IMG/VR virus record: IMGVR_UViG_3300045988_137872
Span: 1 to 33,812 of that record
Length of the DNA stretch: 33,812 bases
Source: a virus
Reading direction: 5' to 3' (one strand)
Numbering within the stretch: the first letter of the stretch is position 1; every line of letters starts with the position of its first letter. Position numbers and translations under genes: made by a program. The notes below the pieces were generated by a model. The model saw only the letters and a program-made list of their open reading frames with translations, did not search any database and was not told where the DNA came from. This document shows positions 14,472 through 22,206 of the stretch, piece by piece.

Positions 14472-14801
14472 ATGGAACAGAGATGGATTCCGGTAAGCGA
14501 GAGACTGCCGGATGCAGACAAATATATTTTAGTATCATTTGAAAACTTTACCATTTCAGATATCGGAAGATATGAAACTGACAAAGATGGTAGTGGAGCG
14601 TTCTATCCAAGGGATGATGATAAAAGCTATGTAGAGTATGGATTGTTCGTGAATGCCTGGATGCCACTGCCAGAGCCGTTCCGGGAAAGCGAGGAAGAAT
14701 TAAGATTTAACGGAGGTTGTAAAAATGAATGCACGAGAGATTGCAGATGTGATCGCAGAGTACCTTGTAAACGAAAAGGACCTTGCTATTGCAATGATTA
14801 A
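14472..14801 (+). CDS. DUF551-type protein, paralog 1
   Basis: QRWIPVSERLPD ... VNAWMPLPEPFRESEE is the DUF551 signature. A Cys/Arg-rich 34-codon tail runs on into the next small ORF. Confidence 0.7.
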   Translation: MEQRWIPVSERLPDADKYILVSFENFTISDIGRYETDKDGSGAFYPRDDDKSYVEYGLFVNAWMPLPEPFRESEEELRFNGGCKNECTRDCRCDRRVPCKRKGPCYCND

Positions 14802-14859
14802 AAACAATGACAAGGAAGAACTTGCAGACGAAATATATGATGAATTAACGGAAATATAG
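14725..14859 (+). CDS. Possible 44-aa acidic protein overlapping the DUF551 tail
   Basis: MNAREIADVIAEYLVNEKDLAIAMIKNNDKEELADEIYDELTEI. GGAGG 9 nt upstream. Confidence 0.4.
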   Translation: MNAREIADVIAEYLVNEKDLAIAMIKNNDKEELADEIYDELTEI

Positions 14860-14883
14860 AAAAATCTAGTGGAGGAAAAAGCA

Positions 14884-15627
14884 ATGAAAGAGGAATTATT
14901 AAAAATAGCACAGGAAAGTTTATCTTCGGATGAAGTAAGCGAAATTGTCAAAGAAAAATTTATGAATGCATTGGGAGGAGCAATCGAAGATGCTTTTCGC
15001 TGGGGAGATGCAAAGCATGCCATTGAGGAAAAGGTAAAAGAAGTCATGATTCCGTACATTGAGAGTTATGATTTTTCAGAGTATCTTCCTAAACTTGATT
15101 CTGTTTTAACAGAGATTGTTAATTCGGATTTTTGCATTGGCAATAAAAAGGTTTTGGAGAATTTTAAAAACCTTATGATTGAGCCGGAGCAGAAAGAAAT
15201 CAAACTTACGGATTTGTTCAAGGCATGGATTAAACAATGTGAAAAGGATATCGACACAGACGGTTTAGACATTAATTACGATGATGACATTTCTTATGAA
15301 TTTGTGTGTGCCGAGATGCGGTTTGAACTGGAAGATAAGCCATCATGGAGTAGCAAACAGAGAGCAGTTATCACATTTGAAAACGAGCATGACGAAAAGT
15401 TGAATGTAGAAATTCCTGTGTCAAAGTGGATATGGGATAGCGGCAAAGAAGAACCATATACACTTTCTGCCTATAAGGATTTGACGATTTCGTCACTTAG
15501 AAACTTGAGTGAATTTGAGGTTTTACTTTTGAGATTATCCAGAGCCGGAACAGCCATCATTATTGATAAGGAATATGATGATGATTATATTCAGCCGGTA
15601 AAACAGCCAGAAGCATCATTTAGCTAG
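14884..15627 (+). CDS. Hypothetical protein
   Basis: ATG 14884 lies 8 nt after GGAGG; the track lists GTG 14869. 247 aa. Confidence 0.7.
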   Translation: MKEELLKIAQESLSSDEVSEIVKEKFMNALGGAIEDAFRWGDAKHAIEEKVKEVMIPYIESYDFSEYLPKLDSVLTEIVNSDFCIGNKKVLENFKNLMIEPEQKEIKLTDLFKAWIKQCEKDIDTDGLDINYDDDISYEFVCAEMRFELEDKPSWSSKQRAVITFENEHDEKLNVEIPVSKWIWDSGKEEPYTLSAYKDLTISSLRNLSEFEVLLLRLSRAGTAIIIDKEYDDDYIQPVKQPEASFS

Positions 15628-15638
15628 GAGAAAATGTT

Positions 15639-15740
15639 ATGAAGAAATGCCCATACGAAGAAAATAAAAGATGCACCAAGGACTGTAAATACGCTCTGAC
15701 GTGCATACAGAGAAAGCCTAAGAGGGAAAGGAGCAGGTAA
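15639..15740 (+). CDS. Possible 33-aa Cys-rich basic peptide
   Basis: MKKCPYEENKRCTKDCKYALTCIQRKPKRERSR. TAGGAG upstream. Fills the gap between neighbouring genes exactly. Confidence 0.35.
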   Translation: MKKCPYEENKRCTKDCKYALTCIQRKPKRERSR

Positions 15741-15741
15741 G

Positions 15742-16050
15742 ATGATTGAATGCATGAGGACAGAAGCAACAAGAAAAACGGTCACGGAACAAAGGTGGAT
15801 TCCGGTTAAATATCATGAATTGACAGAGGAAGAGCGGAAAGAGTGCTTATTCTCCGCAGACATTAAGTATATGATTGACTGTGAGCTTCCTGATGATGAG
15901 CAGGAAATCATTGTGACCGACGGAAGGCATGTGTGGGTTGATACCTGCATCGTGAATGATGGGTATGCATTGGATAGCGGACACGATTGGATTGAGGATG
16001 TAATTGCTTGGATGCCCCTGCCGGAACCGTACCGGGAAAGTGAGGAATAG
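15742..16050 (+). CDS. DUF551-type protein, paralog 2
   Basis: EQRWIPV ... VIAWMPLPEPYRESEE. The 3' 40 nt are about 85% identical to 14657-14698. Confidence 0.7.
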   Translation: MIECMRTEATRKTVTEQRWIPVKYHELTEEERKECLFSADIKYMIDCELPDDEQEIIVTDGRHVWVDTCIVNDGYALDSGHDWIEDVIAWMPLPEPYRESEE

Positions 16051-16051
16051 C

Positions 16052-16477
16052 ATGGAGAGATTAACATATGTGGCAGAGAATGGAGAAGTTTTATTTCATC
16101 CAGCAGATTTACCGGATGATGAGGGAATTACCATTACCCAGCTTGCGAAAGATGGAAGAAAAAAAGCCCTGGAAGAGATTGCGGAAAGACTTGCAAATAG
16201 AGAGCAAGCCGAAGAGCAGGGATTACTTCTGCGGTTGCCGTGCAAGGTTGGAGATACTTTGTATAGAGTAAATAAAGGAGCGAAAGAGCCAGTTATTATG
16301 ATGCGCGTTATACAGTTACATATCAAGCAGATTCATAAAGACAGAACTGTTATGAGAATTGATGTTATAAATGACGCTGATATGGATGAGAGTTGCTATT
16401 TACCGTGCGACATTGGCGAAAGAATATTCCTTACCAGAGAGGAAGCCGAAGCCAAGTTGAAAGCAATGGAGGACTAA
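16052..16477 (+). CDS. Hypothetical protein
   Basis: MERLTYVAENGE... ending FLTREEAEAKLKAMED. ATG 16052 lies 1 nt after the upstream stop. Confidence 0.65.
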   Translation: MERLTYVAENGEVLFHPADLPDDEGITITQLAKDGRKKALEEIAERLANREQAEEQGLLLRLPCKVGDTLYRVNKGAKEPVIMMRVIQLHIKQIHKDRTVMRIDVINDADMDESCYLPCDIGERIFLTREEAEAKLKAMED

Positions 16478-16482
16478 AAGGA

Positions 16483-16716
16483 ATGTGGAAAATAAAGATT
16501 ATATACAAAGATAAAAGCAGCTGTACTTTAACCGGCAGCCACAAGGAGATACCTTTGGAGTTGGCAGTCGATTATTTTAATAAATATGTGGCAAATCGTA
16601 TCATTTATAGTGCACGTTATCAGCAGTACCCGAAAAAGGATTATAGTGAGATGGACTTGCTTGAGAAAATTGAAGAACTGTGGGAGAGGGAGGATATTGA
16701 CCATGAAGGAGAGTAA
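16483..16716 (+). CDS. Hypothetical protein
   Basis: MWKIKIIYKDKSS... 77 aa, with AAAGGA upstream. Confidence 0.6.
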   Translation: MWKIKIIYKDKSSCTLTGSHKEIPLELAVDYFNKYVANRIIYSARYQQYPKKDYSEMDLLEKIEELWEREDIDHEGE

Positions 16717-17065
16717 AGCAAGCGTGTTAATCGGTAATATTCCGGTTAATGGAAAAGACGGATGTTACTCTATAACAGAATATCAGGAAGCGAAGACGAT
16801 AGCTGTTCAAGCACTTGAAGAGATTCAGCAGTATCGTGCAATCAGCACGCCGGAAGAGTGCAAAATTGCCGTTGAAAAACAACGTCCTAAAAAGCCGATT
16901 AATCCAGATGATGATTACGGTACATTCAAATGTCCAAATTGTAATGGTTTAATTTTTACAGAAGACAGATTTGAAACACATAGATATTGCTTGTTATGTG
17001 GTCAGAAATTGGATTGGAGCACCGAAACAGTGACAGAGCAGAAAGGCATGGAAGCGAGGAAATGA
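16703..17065 (+). CDS. Zinc-ribbon protein
   Basis: FKCPNCNGLIF...RYCLLCGQKL is a CxxC...CxxC pattern. ATG 16703 follows GGGAGGA. Confidence 0.65.
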   Translation: MKESKASVLIGNIPVNGKDGCYSITEYQEAKTIAVQALEEIQQYRAISTPEECKIAVEKQRPKKPINPDDDYGTFKCPNCNGLIFTEDRFETHRYCLLCGQKLDWSTETVTEQKGMEARK

Positions 17066-17069
17066 AGAG

Positions 17070-17579
17070 ATGGAGCTGAAAGAACTCACAGAAAAAGTGC
17101 TCGAATTATTAAGGGCACAGAGTGCGGAAGAACTTCCGGAAAGACTATTTGAAGCAGTCAAAAATGATGATTTGAATGTGTATGAAAATTTCTGCGAGTT
17201 GGTGCAGGATTTAAGTACAGACTGGCTACAGATGATATTTCAGTATTATCATGCAGACCGAAAAGAAAAGATGCAGGATTACACACCTAAAAGTCTTGCA
17301 GTGTTCATTGGTCGTTTGGCGGGAAAAGCGGACACAGTGGTGGATATGTGCGCTGGGAGCGGGGCGCTGACAATTCAAAAATGGAATATGAATCATGATC
17401 AGAAGTTTGAATTATATGAACTCGATGAAAAAGTATTCCCGTTCTTACTGTTTAATATGGCGGTAAGAAACATTGAATGCACAATACATCACTCAGACGT
17501 GTTACAGCAGGAGGTGCTTCATACATACAGAGTTAGTAAGGGGGAGAAATTCGGAAAATTTAGAGAGGTGGTCAGATGA
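17070..17579 (+). CDS. N6-adenine DNA methyltransferase, N-terminal SAM-binding half
   Basis: DYTPKSLAVFIGRLAG...VVDMCAGSGALT is motif X/I of gamma-class N6_Mtase. The ORF stops 8 codons before where NPPY is expected. Confidence 0.75.
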   Translation: MELKELTEKVLELLRAQSAEELPERLFEAVKNDDLNVYENFCELVQDLSTDWLQMIFQYYHADRKEKMQDYTPKSLAVFIGRLAGKADTVVDMCAGSGALTIQKWNMNHDQKFELYELDEKVFPFLLFNMAVRNIECTIHHSDVLQQEVLHTYRVSKGEKFGKFREVVR

Positions 17580-18613
17580 AAAGCACATTAATTTCCAACC
17601 CGCCATATAACATGAAATGGCAGGCACCGGCATTTGCACAAATCCAGCCGCGTTTCGCAGAATGTTACATCGTCCCACCAGAAAGCAATGCTAATTTTGC
17701 ATTTATTCTGACAGGGCTTGAGAAAAATGAAAGATGCGTGTTCTTACTTCCGTGTTCAGTACTTAGTGGAGGACTAAAGGAAGAGAAAGCGATAAGAGCA
17801 TGGCTGGTGGAGAAGAACCTGGTAGAAGCGGTGATACTATGTCCTGACAATATGTTTGAATCAACGGGGATTTCAACGTGCATCATTGTTTTGGATAAGA
17901 ACAAAAAAACTGCAACAACAGAAATGGTGGATTTACGGAGAAAATACAAAGAGGAGATCCGAGAACAGAACGGACAGTATGGCGGAGCATCCCACACAAA
18001 TCGGACATACAAAAAGATGGTTAAGGTGATTACGGAAGAGACAATGGATGAAGCGCTTGCGGCAATCGAAGAGAGAAAGACTATTTCTGATTTTTGTAAA
18101 GCGGTCGGCATTGAAAAAATAAAGGAAGACGGATATACACTTTTGCCGAGCCATTATTTTGACATTGAGCAAATCGAAGAAAAACACAGAAGTTACACTG
18201 ACATAGTGAACGACATAAACAGAGTCACGCGAGAAAAAAATGCTTGTAAATTAACGATTAACGAAACATTGGCGAAAGGGGCTGGATTTGACGTTGATTT
18301 ATATAAGCAAGACCAGAAAGATACAGGGCTAAACGATTTGCTTGTAAAATTGGGTGCAGATAGGTTGGAAAAGCAAAATTATTTCGTAACATCAAAAAAT
18401 AAAAACGAAATAAAATTTGAAAACAATAGCAAAGAGATTCTATCAAGCATTCTGATAATGATTTTACAAACATGGAAACAACATATCTTTTATCTGAACC
18501 AAGAAGAAAATCGCTATCTGGCAGAATTAAGGGATGCACTCTTGCCGGAATTAATGAGTGAAAAAATTGATTTGACACAAAGCGATGAAGAAATGGAGGA
18601 GGGCGAACGATGA
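17576..18613 (+). CDS. N6-adenine DNA methyltransferase, catalytic (NPPY) and target-recognition half
   Basis: MKSTLISNPPYNMKW holds motif IV at 17597-17608. ATGA overlap with the upstream stop. GAGAGGTGG RBS. Confidence 0.75.
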   Translation: MKSTLISNPPYNMKWQAPAFAQIQPRFAECYIVPPESNANFAFILTGLEKNERCVFLLPCSVLSGGLKEEKAIRAWLVEKNLVEAVILCPDNMFESTGISTCIIVLDKNKKTATTEMVDLRRKYKEEIREQNGQYGGASHTNRTYKKMVKVITEETMDEALAAIEERKTISDFCKAVGIEKIKEDGYTLLPSHYFDIEQIEEKHRSYTDIVNDINRVTREKNACKLTINETLAKGAGFDVDLYKQDQKDTGLNDLLVKLGADRLEKQNYFVTSKNKNEIKFENNSKEILSSILIMILQTWKQHIFYLNQEENRYLAELRDALLPELMSEKIDLTQSDEEMEEGER

Positions 18614-18981
18614 GACTGATTGATGCGGAGAAGCTGAAAAATTTTTTCTTTTCAGAAACAAGTGGGACAGAAGATATAATTCGTGATTTGATGGATGCTC
18701 ACGGGTTAGATTATGTAAATGATATAGACGAGGATGCAGTCATGGCATTTGCTGACGATTTGCTGAAAGCTGTGCAAAATGTAATTGATACAGAACAGAC
18801 CGCCTATGACCCGGACAAGGTTGTGGAGCAGCTAAGAGATGAGGAGGAACTGTCATATGCGGATTTTGAAATCTACGCAGAGGAACATGGATTATCAGAA
18901 GATGATGACTGGCATTACAGGGGTCTTGGAAGAGCAGTCGAAATCGTGAAAAGAGGTGGAGCAGATGGGAAGACTGATTGA
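18610..18981 (+). CDS. Hypothetical protein, tandem paralog A
   Basis: MRLIDAEKL...TAYDPDKVVEQL...VEIVKRGGADG. ATGA overlap with the methyltransferase stop. Confidence 0.7.
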   Translation: MRLIDAEKLKNFFFSETSGTEDIIRDLMDAHGLDYVNDIDEDAVMAFADDLLKAVQNVIDTEQTAYDPDKVVEQLRDEEELSYADFEIYAEEHGLSEDDDWHYRGLGRAVEIVKRGGADGKTD

Positions 18982-19258
18982 TGCGGATGCATTTGAGAGA
19001 TCGGTTATGTTTGGCGATGCGGAGGACATGCAGGATGTAATTTACGCATTGCGTGATTATCCGACCGCCTACGACCCGGACAAGGTGGTTGAGCAGTTAG
19101 AGGAACGAACAGCTTTCTTGAATGGCTGCACAAAGTATGATAACGAGACAGCAGAGCAGCAGAAAAAATCCTATGACACAATGATGATGTACGAGGTCAA
19201 GGATTTGGTAGATGATTTGTTGGAGATCGTAAAGGAAGGTGGAGTAGATGGCAATTAA
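18965..19258 (+). CDS. Hypothetical protein, tandem paralog B
   Basis: MGRLIDADAF...TAYDPDKVVEQL...LEIVKEGGVDG. ATG 18965; the track lists GTG 18956. Confidence 0.7.
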   Translation: MGRLIDADAFERSVMFGDAEDMQDVIYALRDYPTAYDPDKVVEQLEERTAFLNGCTKYDNETAEQQKKSYDTMMMYEVKDLVDDLLEIVKEGGVDGN

Positions 19259-19313
19259 ACCAATTTTATTTAACACCGAAATGGTTTGGGCGAAAGAGGG
19301 TAGTAAATATTGA
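19248..19313 (+). pseudogene. 21-codon stub resembling the N-terminus of ASCH/PUA-like phage proteins
   Basis: MAIKPILFNTEMVWAKEGSKY*. RBS GGAAGGTGGAG. Its TGA overlaps the TTG start of the next gene. Confidence 0.3.
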
Positions 19314-19888
19314 AATATCCTAAAGATATAGCTGGTATGAAATTTGGACGATTAACCGCGATAAAAAAGGTTGGAACAAAAGGCAATGGAAAAGGTTCAA
19401 AATCAATATGGCTTTGCAGATGTGATTGTGGAAACGAAAAAGAAATATTGAGGAATTCATTGGTAAGCGGAACAACTAAAAGTTGCGGCTGCCTTGAAAA
19501 AGAAGTTAAAGCAACAATGCATTTAAAACATGGAATGGCAAAATCAAGACTTTGGAACATTTGGACTGGCATGAGAGACAGGTGTTCCAGATTGAATAAC
19601 AAGGACTATCAGAGATATGGCGGAAGAGGAATCCGTGTTTGCCCAGAATGGGATAGTGATTTCCGAAATTTTTATGATTGGTCGATGGGTAATGGTTATA
19701 GTGACGAGTTGACCATAGACAGAATCGACAATGATGGAAATTATGAGCCATCTAATTGTCGTTGGGTAACGAGAAAAGAACAAACAAGAAATAGGAGTAT
19801 CACGAAAACAATTCCACTTGCAAGAATAGCTGAAATTGACGGAATTACTTATCAGGCAGCATATGACAAATATGTACGATGCAGGTAA
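19310..19888 (+). CDS. HNH_3-like / AP2-like DNA-binding nuclease-family protein
   Basis: FGRLTAI...WLCRCDCGNEKE...CGC...YGGRGIRVCPEW...LTIDRIDNDGNYEPSNCRWVTRKEQTRNR. TTG 19310 or ATG 19337. Confidence 0.6.
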   Translation: MKYPKDIAGMKFGRLTAIKKVGTKGNGKGSKSIWLCRCDCGNEKEILRNSLVSGTTKSCGCLEKEVKATMHLKHGMAKSRLWNIWTGMRDRCSRLNNKDYQRYGGRGIRVCPEWDSDFRNFYDWSMGNGYSDELTIDRIDNDGNYEPSNCRWVTRKEQTRNRSITKTIPLARIAEIDGITYQAAYDKYVRCR

Positions 19889-19950
19889 TGTATCGAATTT
19901 GAGAGGTGCGAGAAACCGGAAGAAAATTAAAGTTTAGCGGAGGATAAAAG

Positions 19951-20190
19951 ATGGCTTATGGTTATGAAGATTTATCAAGAGCGCAAGAAGATGTTATACG
20001 AGTTATGAAGGCGCATGGAAATATTTTGATAAAAAAACATGGGTTTTGGACATATGAAAATTGTGAATTTCACAAAGATCATAACAGCAACATTCCAATT
20101 TTCAGTTGCCAAATAACAACATTGAGAGTGCTTGCGCGAAGAAATATAGTCACACTTGATGAAAATAAAGGTATTTGTAAATTGAACTGA
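19951..20190 (+). CDS. Hypothetical protein
   Basis: 79 aa with GCGGAGGA RBS. Confidence 0.65.
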   Translation: MAYGYEDLSRAQEDVIRVMKAHGNILIKKHGFWTYENCEFHKDHNSNIPIFSCQITTLRVLARRNIVTLDENKGICKLN

Positions 20191-20209
20191 AATTTAGGAG
20201 GTGAGTGAT

Positions 20210-20494
20210 ATGTCTAAAGCAGTATTGGTTATGGATATATCGGAATGTTGTGCTGATTGTCCTTGCAGTTTTTTTGAAAGGGACAATCCAATATTAAATT
20301 TAATATGTGGAGTGACACAAGAAGATGCATATAACGTTGGTAGACCAGATTGGTGTCCGCTCCGGGAACTGCCGGAGAAGATACCGGATCTCGAACACGG
20401 GTACGAAAATGTTGAGAAAAGCATTATTCGGATAGGCTGGAACGCCTGCTTGGACATGATACTAAGGAAAGAAAATCTCAAAAAAATGGAATAA
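20210..20494 (+). CDS. Hypothetical Cys-rich protein
   Basis: ATG 20210 lies 9 nt after GGAGG; the track lists GTG 20201. Motifs ECCADCPC...ICG...WCPL. Confidence 0.65.
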   Translation: MSKAVLVMDISECCADCPCSFFERDNPILNLICGVTQEDAYNVGRPDWCPLRELPEKIPDLEHGYENVEKSIIRIGWNACLDMILRKENLKKME

Positions 20495-20689
20495 ATTTCA
20501 AAATTATGGAAATAATTGTTTACATAGAGAAAGTAGGGTGAGCATTATAGAGTATAATATTAAAATTACAAAAAATGGAAAAATTATGACAGAGCCGACA
20601 TTATCAAACCGCGATTATCTTAATTTCATGCGAAAAAAGAGAAAGCAGATCAATGAGTTTTCGACAAAAATTTCCAAAACCGACGGTAG

Positions 20690-20718
20690 TTGAAAAACAC
20701 AAAAATGCATGTTAAAAT
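20690..20718 (+). promoter_or_regulatory. Integrase promoter candidate with extended -10
   Basis: TTGAAA (20690-20695), 17 nt, TGT-TAAAAT (-10 at 20713-20718). The predicted TSS falls inside the left arm of the downstream hairpin. Confidence 0.5.
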
Positions 20719-20751
20719 AGGCACATCAAGACGATGTGTCTATTTTATTTT
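20719..20751 (+). terminator. Rho-independent terminator insulating the integrase from early transcription
   Basis: AGGCACATC (20719-20727) pairs with GATGTGTCT (20733-20741), including one G:U. Loop AAGAC, then ATTTTATTTT. Confidence 0.65.
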
Positions 20752-20762
20752 AGGGGGCAGAG

Positions 20763-22142
20763 ATGAGCAAAAAAAAATTAAAAACAGCCGCAATTTATGT
20801 CCGTGTTTCGACAGATGCACAGGCAGAGGAAGGATATTCAGTCGAAGCACAGAAAGAACAGCTTGCAGCTTACTGCATTTCAAAAGGAATTAAAAATTAT
20901 GAATTTTATATAGATGGTGGATGGTCGGGAAGCAGTATTAATCGACCTGAAATTCAAAGGCTTATAAGGGATGCTAAAGCACATAAATTATCACATTGCA
21001 TCGTATATAAACTAGACAGGTTATCGCGTTCACAGAAAGATACGTTATATCTTATTGAGGATGTTTTTATCCCTAACGATGTGAGTTTCGTGTCGCTGAA
21101 CGAGACAATTGATACGGCGTCGCCAACTGGCAAGATGATGATTGGAATTTTATCAGCATTCGCCCAGCTAGAGCGTGAAAATATCCGGCTTCGTACAAGG
21201 ATGGGGATGAAAGAGCGTGTGAAAGACGGGTACTGGATGGGTGGTGGACGCACACCATTCGGATATGACTATGACAGAAATCAAGGTATACTTGTTCCGA
21301 ACAAAGATGCAGACAAAGTGAAAAAAATATACAATATGTACATTGAGGGCAAATCGCAGCAGGCGATAGCGGATATTCTTGACTTAAAATATGAGCGCCT
21401 CGTCACTCAAATTCTTAAGAGAAAAAGCAACTACGGTGTTATAGAATATAACGGAGAAGAATATCAGGGCAAGCACGAACCAATTATAACTAAGAAAATA
21501 TACGATAAAGCGATGCAGTGCATGAAAGAGAGATCCGAGAGGCGTGTCCCGACATCAAAACATCTTCTTACAGGACTTCTTGTATGCGGTCATTGTGGAG
21601 CAAAAATAAGATATCAGAAGTGGGGAGAAAGCGGCTGCAAGCTAATTTGTTATTCGCACCAAAAGACAAAAAAATATTTAATCAAAGATGAAAATTGTCC
21701 ACAAGAGAAATTATGGGCGCATGAAGTTGAAAACACGATTTTAAATTATCTGTTTTCATTAAAAGAAGATGATAACGGGGATGATCTGGATGAAAGTAAC
21801 TTGATGATAGAGACAAATGTCCTAAAGGAGTTAGAGGAAGGAAGGGAATTGTTACAAAAAAAGATAAAACGTTTATATAATTTATATGCAGAGTCAGATG
21901 ATGACATTCTGCTCGATACGATCAACGAGCAGAAAAAGAAACTCGCAGATACAGAGAAAAAAATTGAAGTGGAAAAATTAAAAGTGGAGGACTCTTCAAG
22001 AAAGATGGAAACAGCAAAACTTGTCACGAACCTTTCAGAAACATGGGATTACATGAACATCGAAGAGCAGCAGAAAACATTAAGGATGATTATTAATAAA
22101 ATCACTATCACAGATAATAATATTAATGTTGATTTCAAATAA
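20763..22142 (+). CDS. Large serine recombinase (phage integrase)
   Basis: AAIYVRVSTDAQAEEGYSVEAQ is the catalytic Ser motif; also YKLDRLSRS. Zinc ribbon CGHCGAKIRYQKWGESGCKLICYSH and a C-terminal coiled coil. 459 aa. Confidence 0.9.
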   Translation: MSKKKLKTAAIYVRVSTDAQAEEGYSVEAQKEQLAAYCISKGIKNYEFYIDGGWSGSSINRPEIQRLIRDAKAHKLSHCIVYKLDRLSRSQKDTLYLIEDVFIPNDVSFVSLNETIDTASPTGKMMIGILSAFAQLERENIRLRTRMGMKERVKDGYWMGGGRTPFGYDYDRNQGILVPNKDADKVKKIYNMYIEGKSQQAIADILDLKYERLVTQILKRKSNYGVIEYNGEEYQGKHEPIITKKIYDKAMQCMKERSERRVPTSKHLLTGLLVCGHCGAKIRYQKWGESGCKLICYSHQKTKKYLIKDENCPQEKLWAHEVENTILNYLFSLKEDDNGDDLDESNLMIETNVLKELEEGRELLQKKIKRLYNLYAESDDDILLDTINEQKKKLADTEKKIEVEKLKVEDSSRKMETAKLVTNLSETWDYMNIEEQQKTLRMIINKITITDNNINVDFK

Positions 22143-22186
22143 TTTCGACTAGGTACATTCATCGGCATGAATGTACCTAGTCGAAA
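22143..22186. repeat. Perfect 20-bp inverted repeat with 4-nt centre (attP candidate or strong hairpin)
   Basis: TTTCGACTAGGTACATTCAT-CGGC-ATGAATGTACCTAGTCGAAA. Starts 1 nt after the integrase stop. No U-tract follows. Confidence 0.8.
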
Positions 22187-22206
22187 ACGGAAAGAGGAGA
22201 GCCGGA

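Noticed and set aside
20690-20893. 67-aa ORF overlapping the integrase start
   Set aside because: It runs through the terminator hairpin and out of frame into the resolvase domain. It has no RBS.
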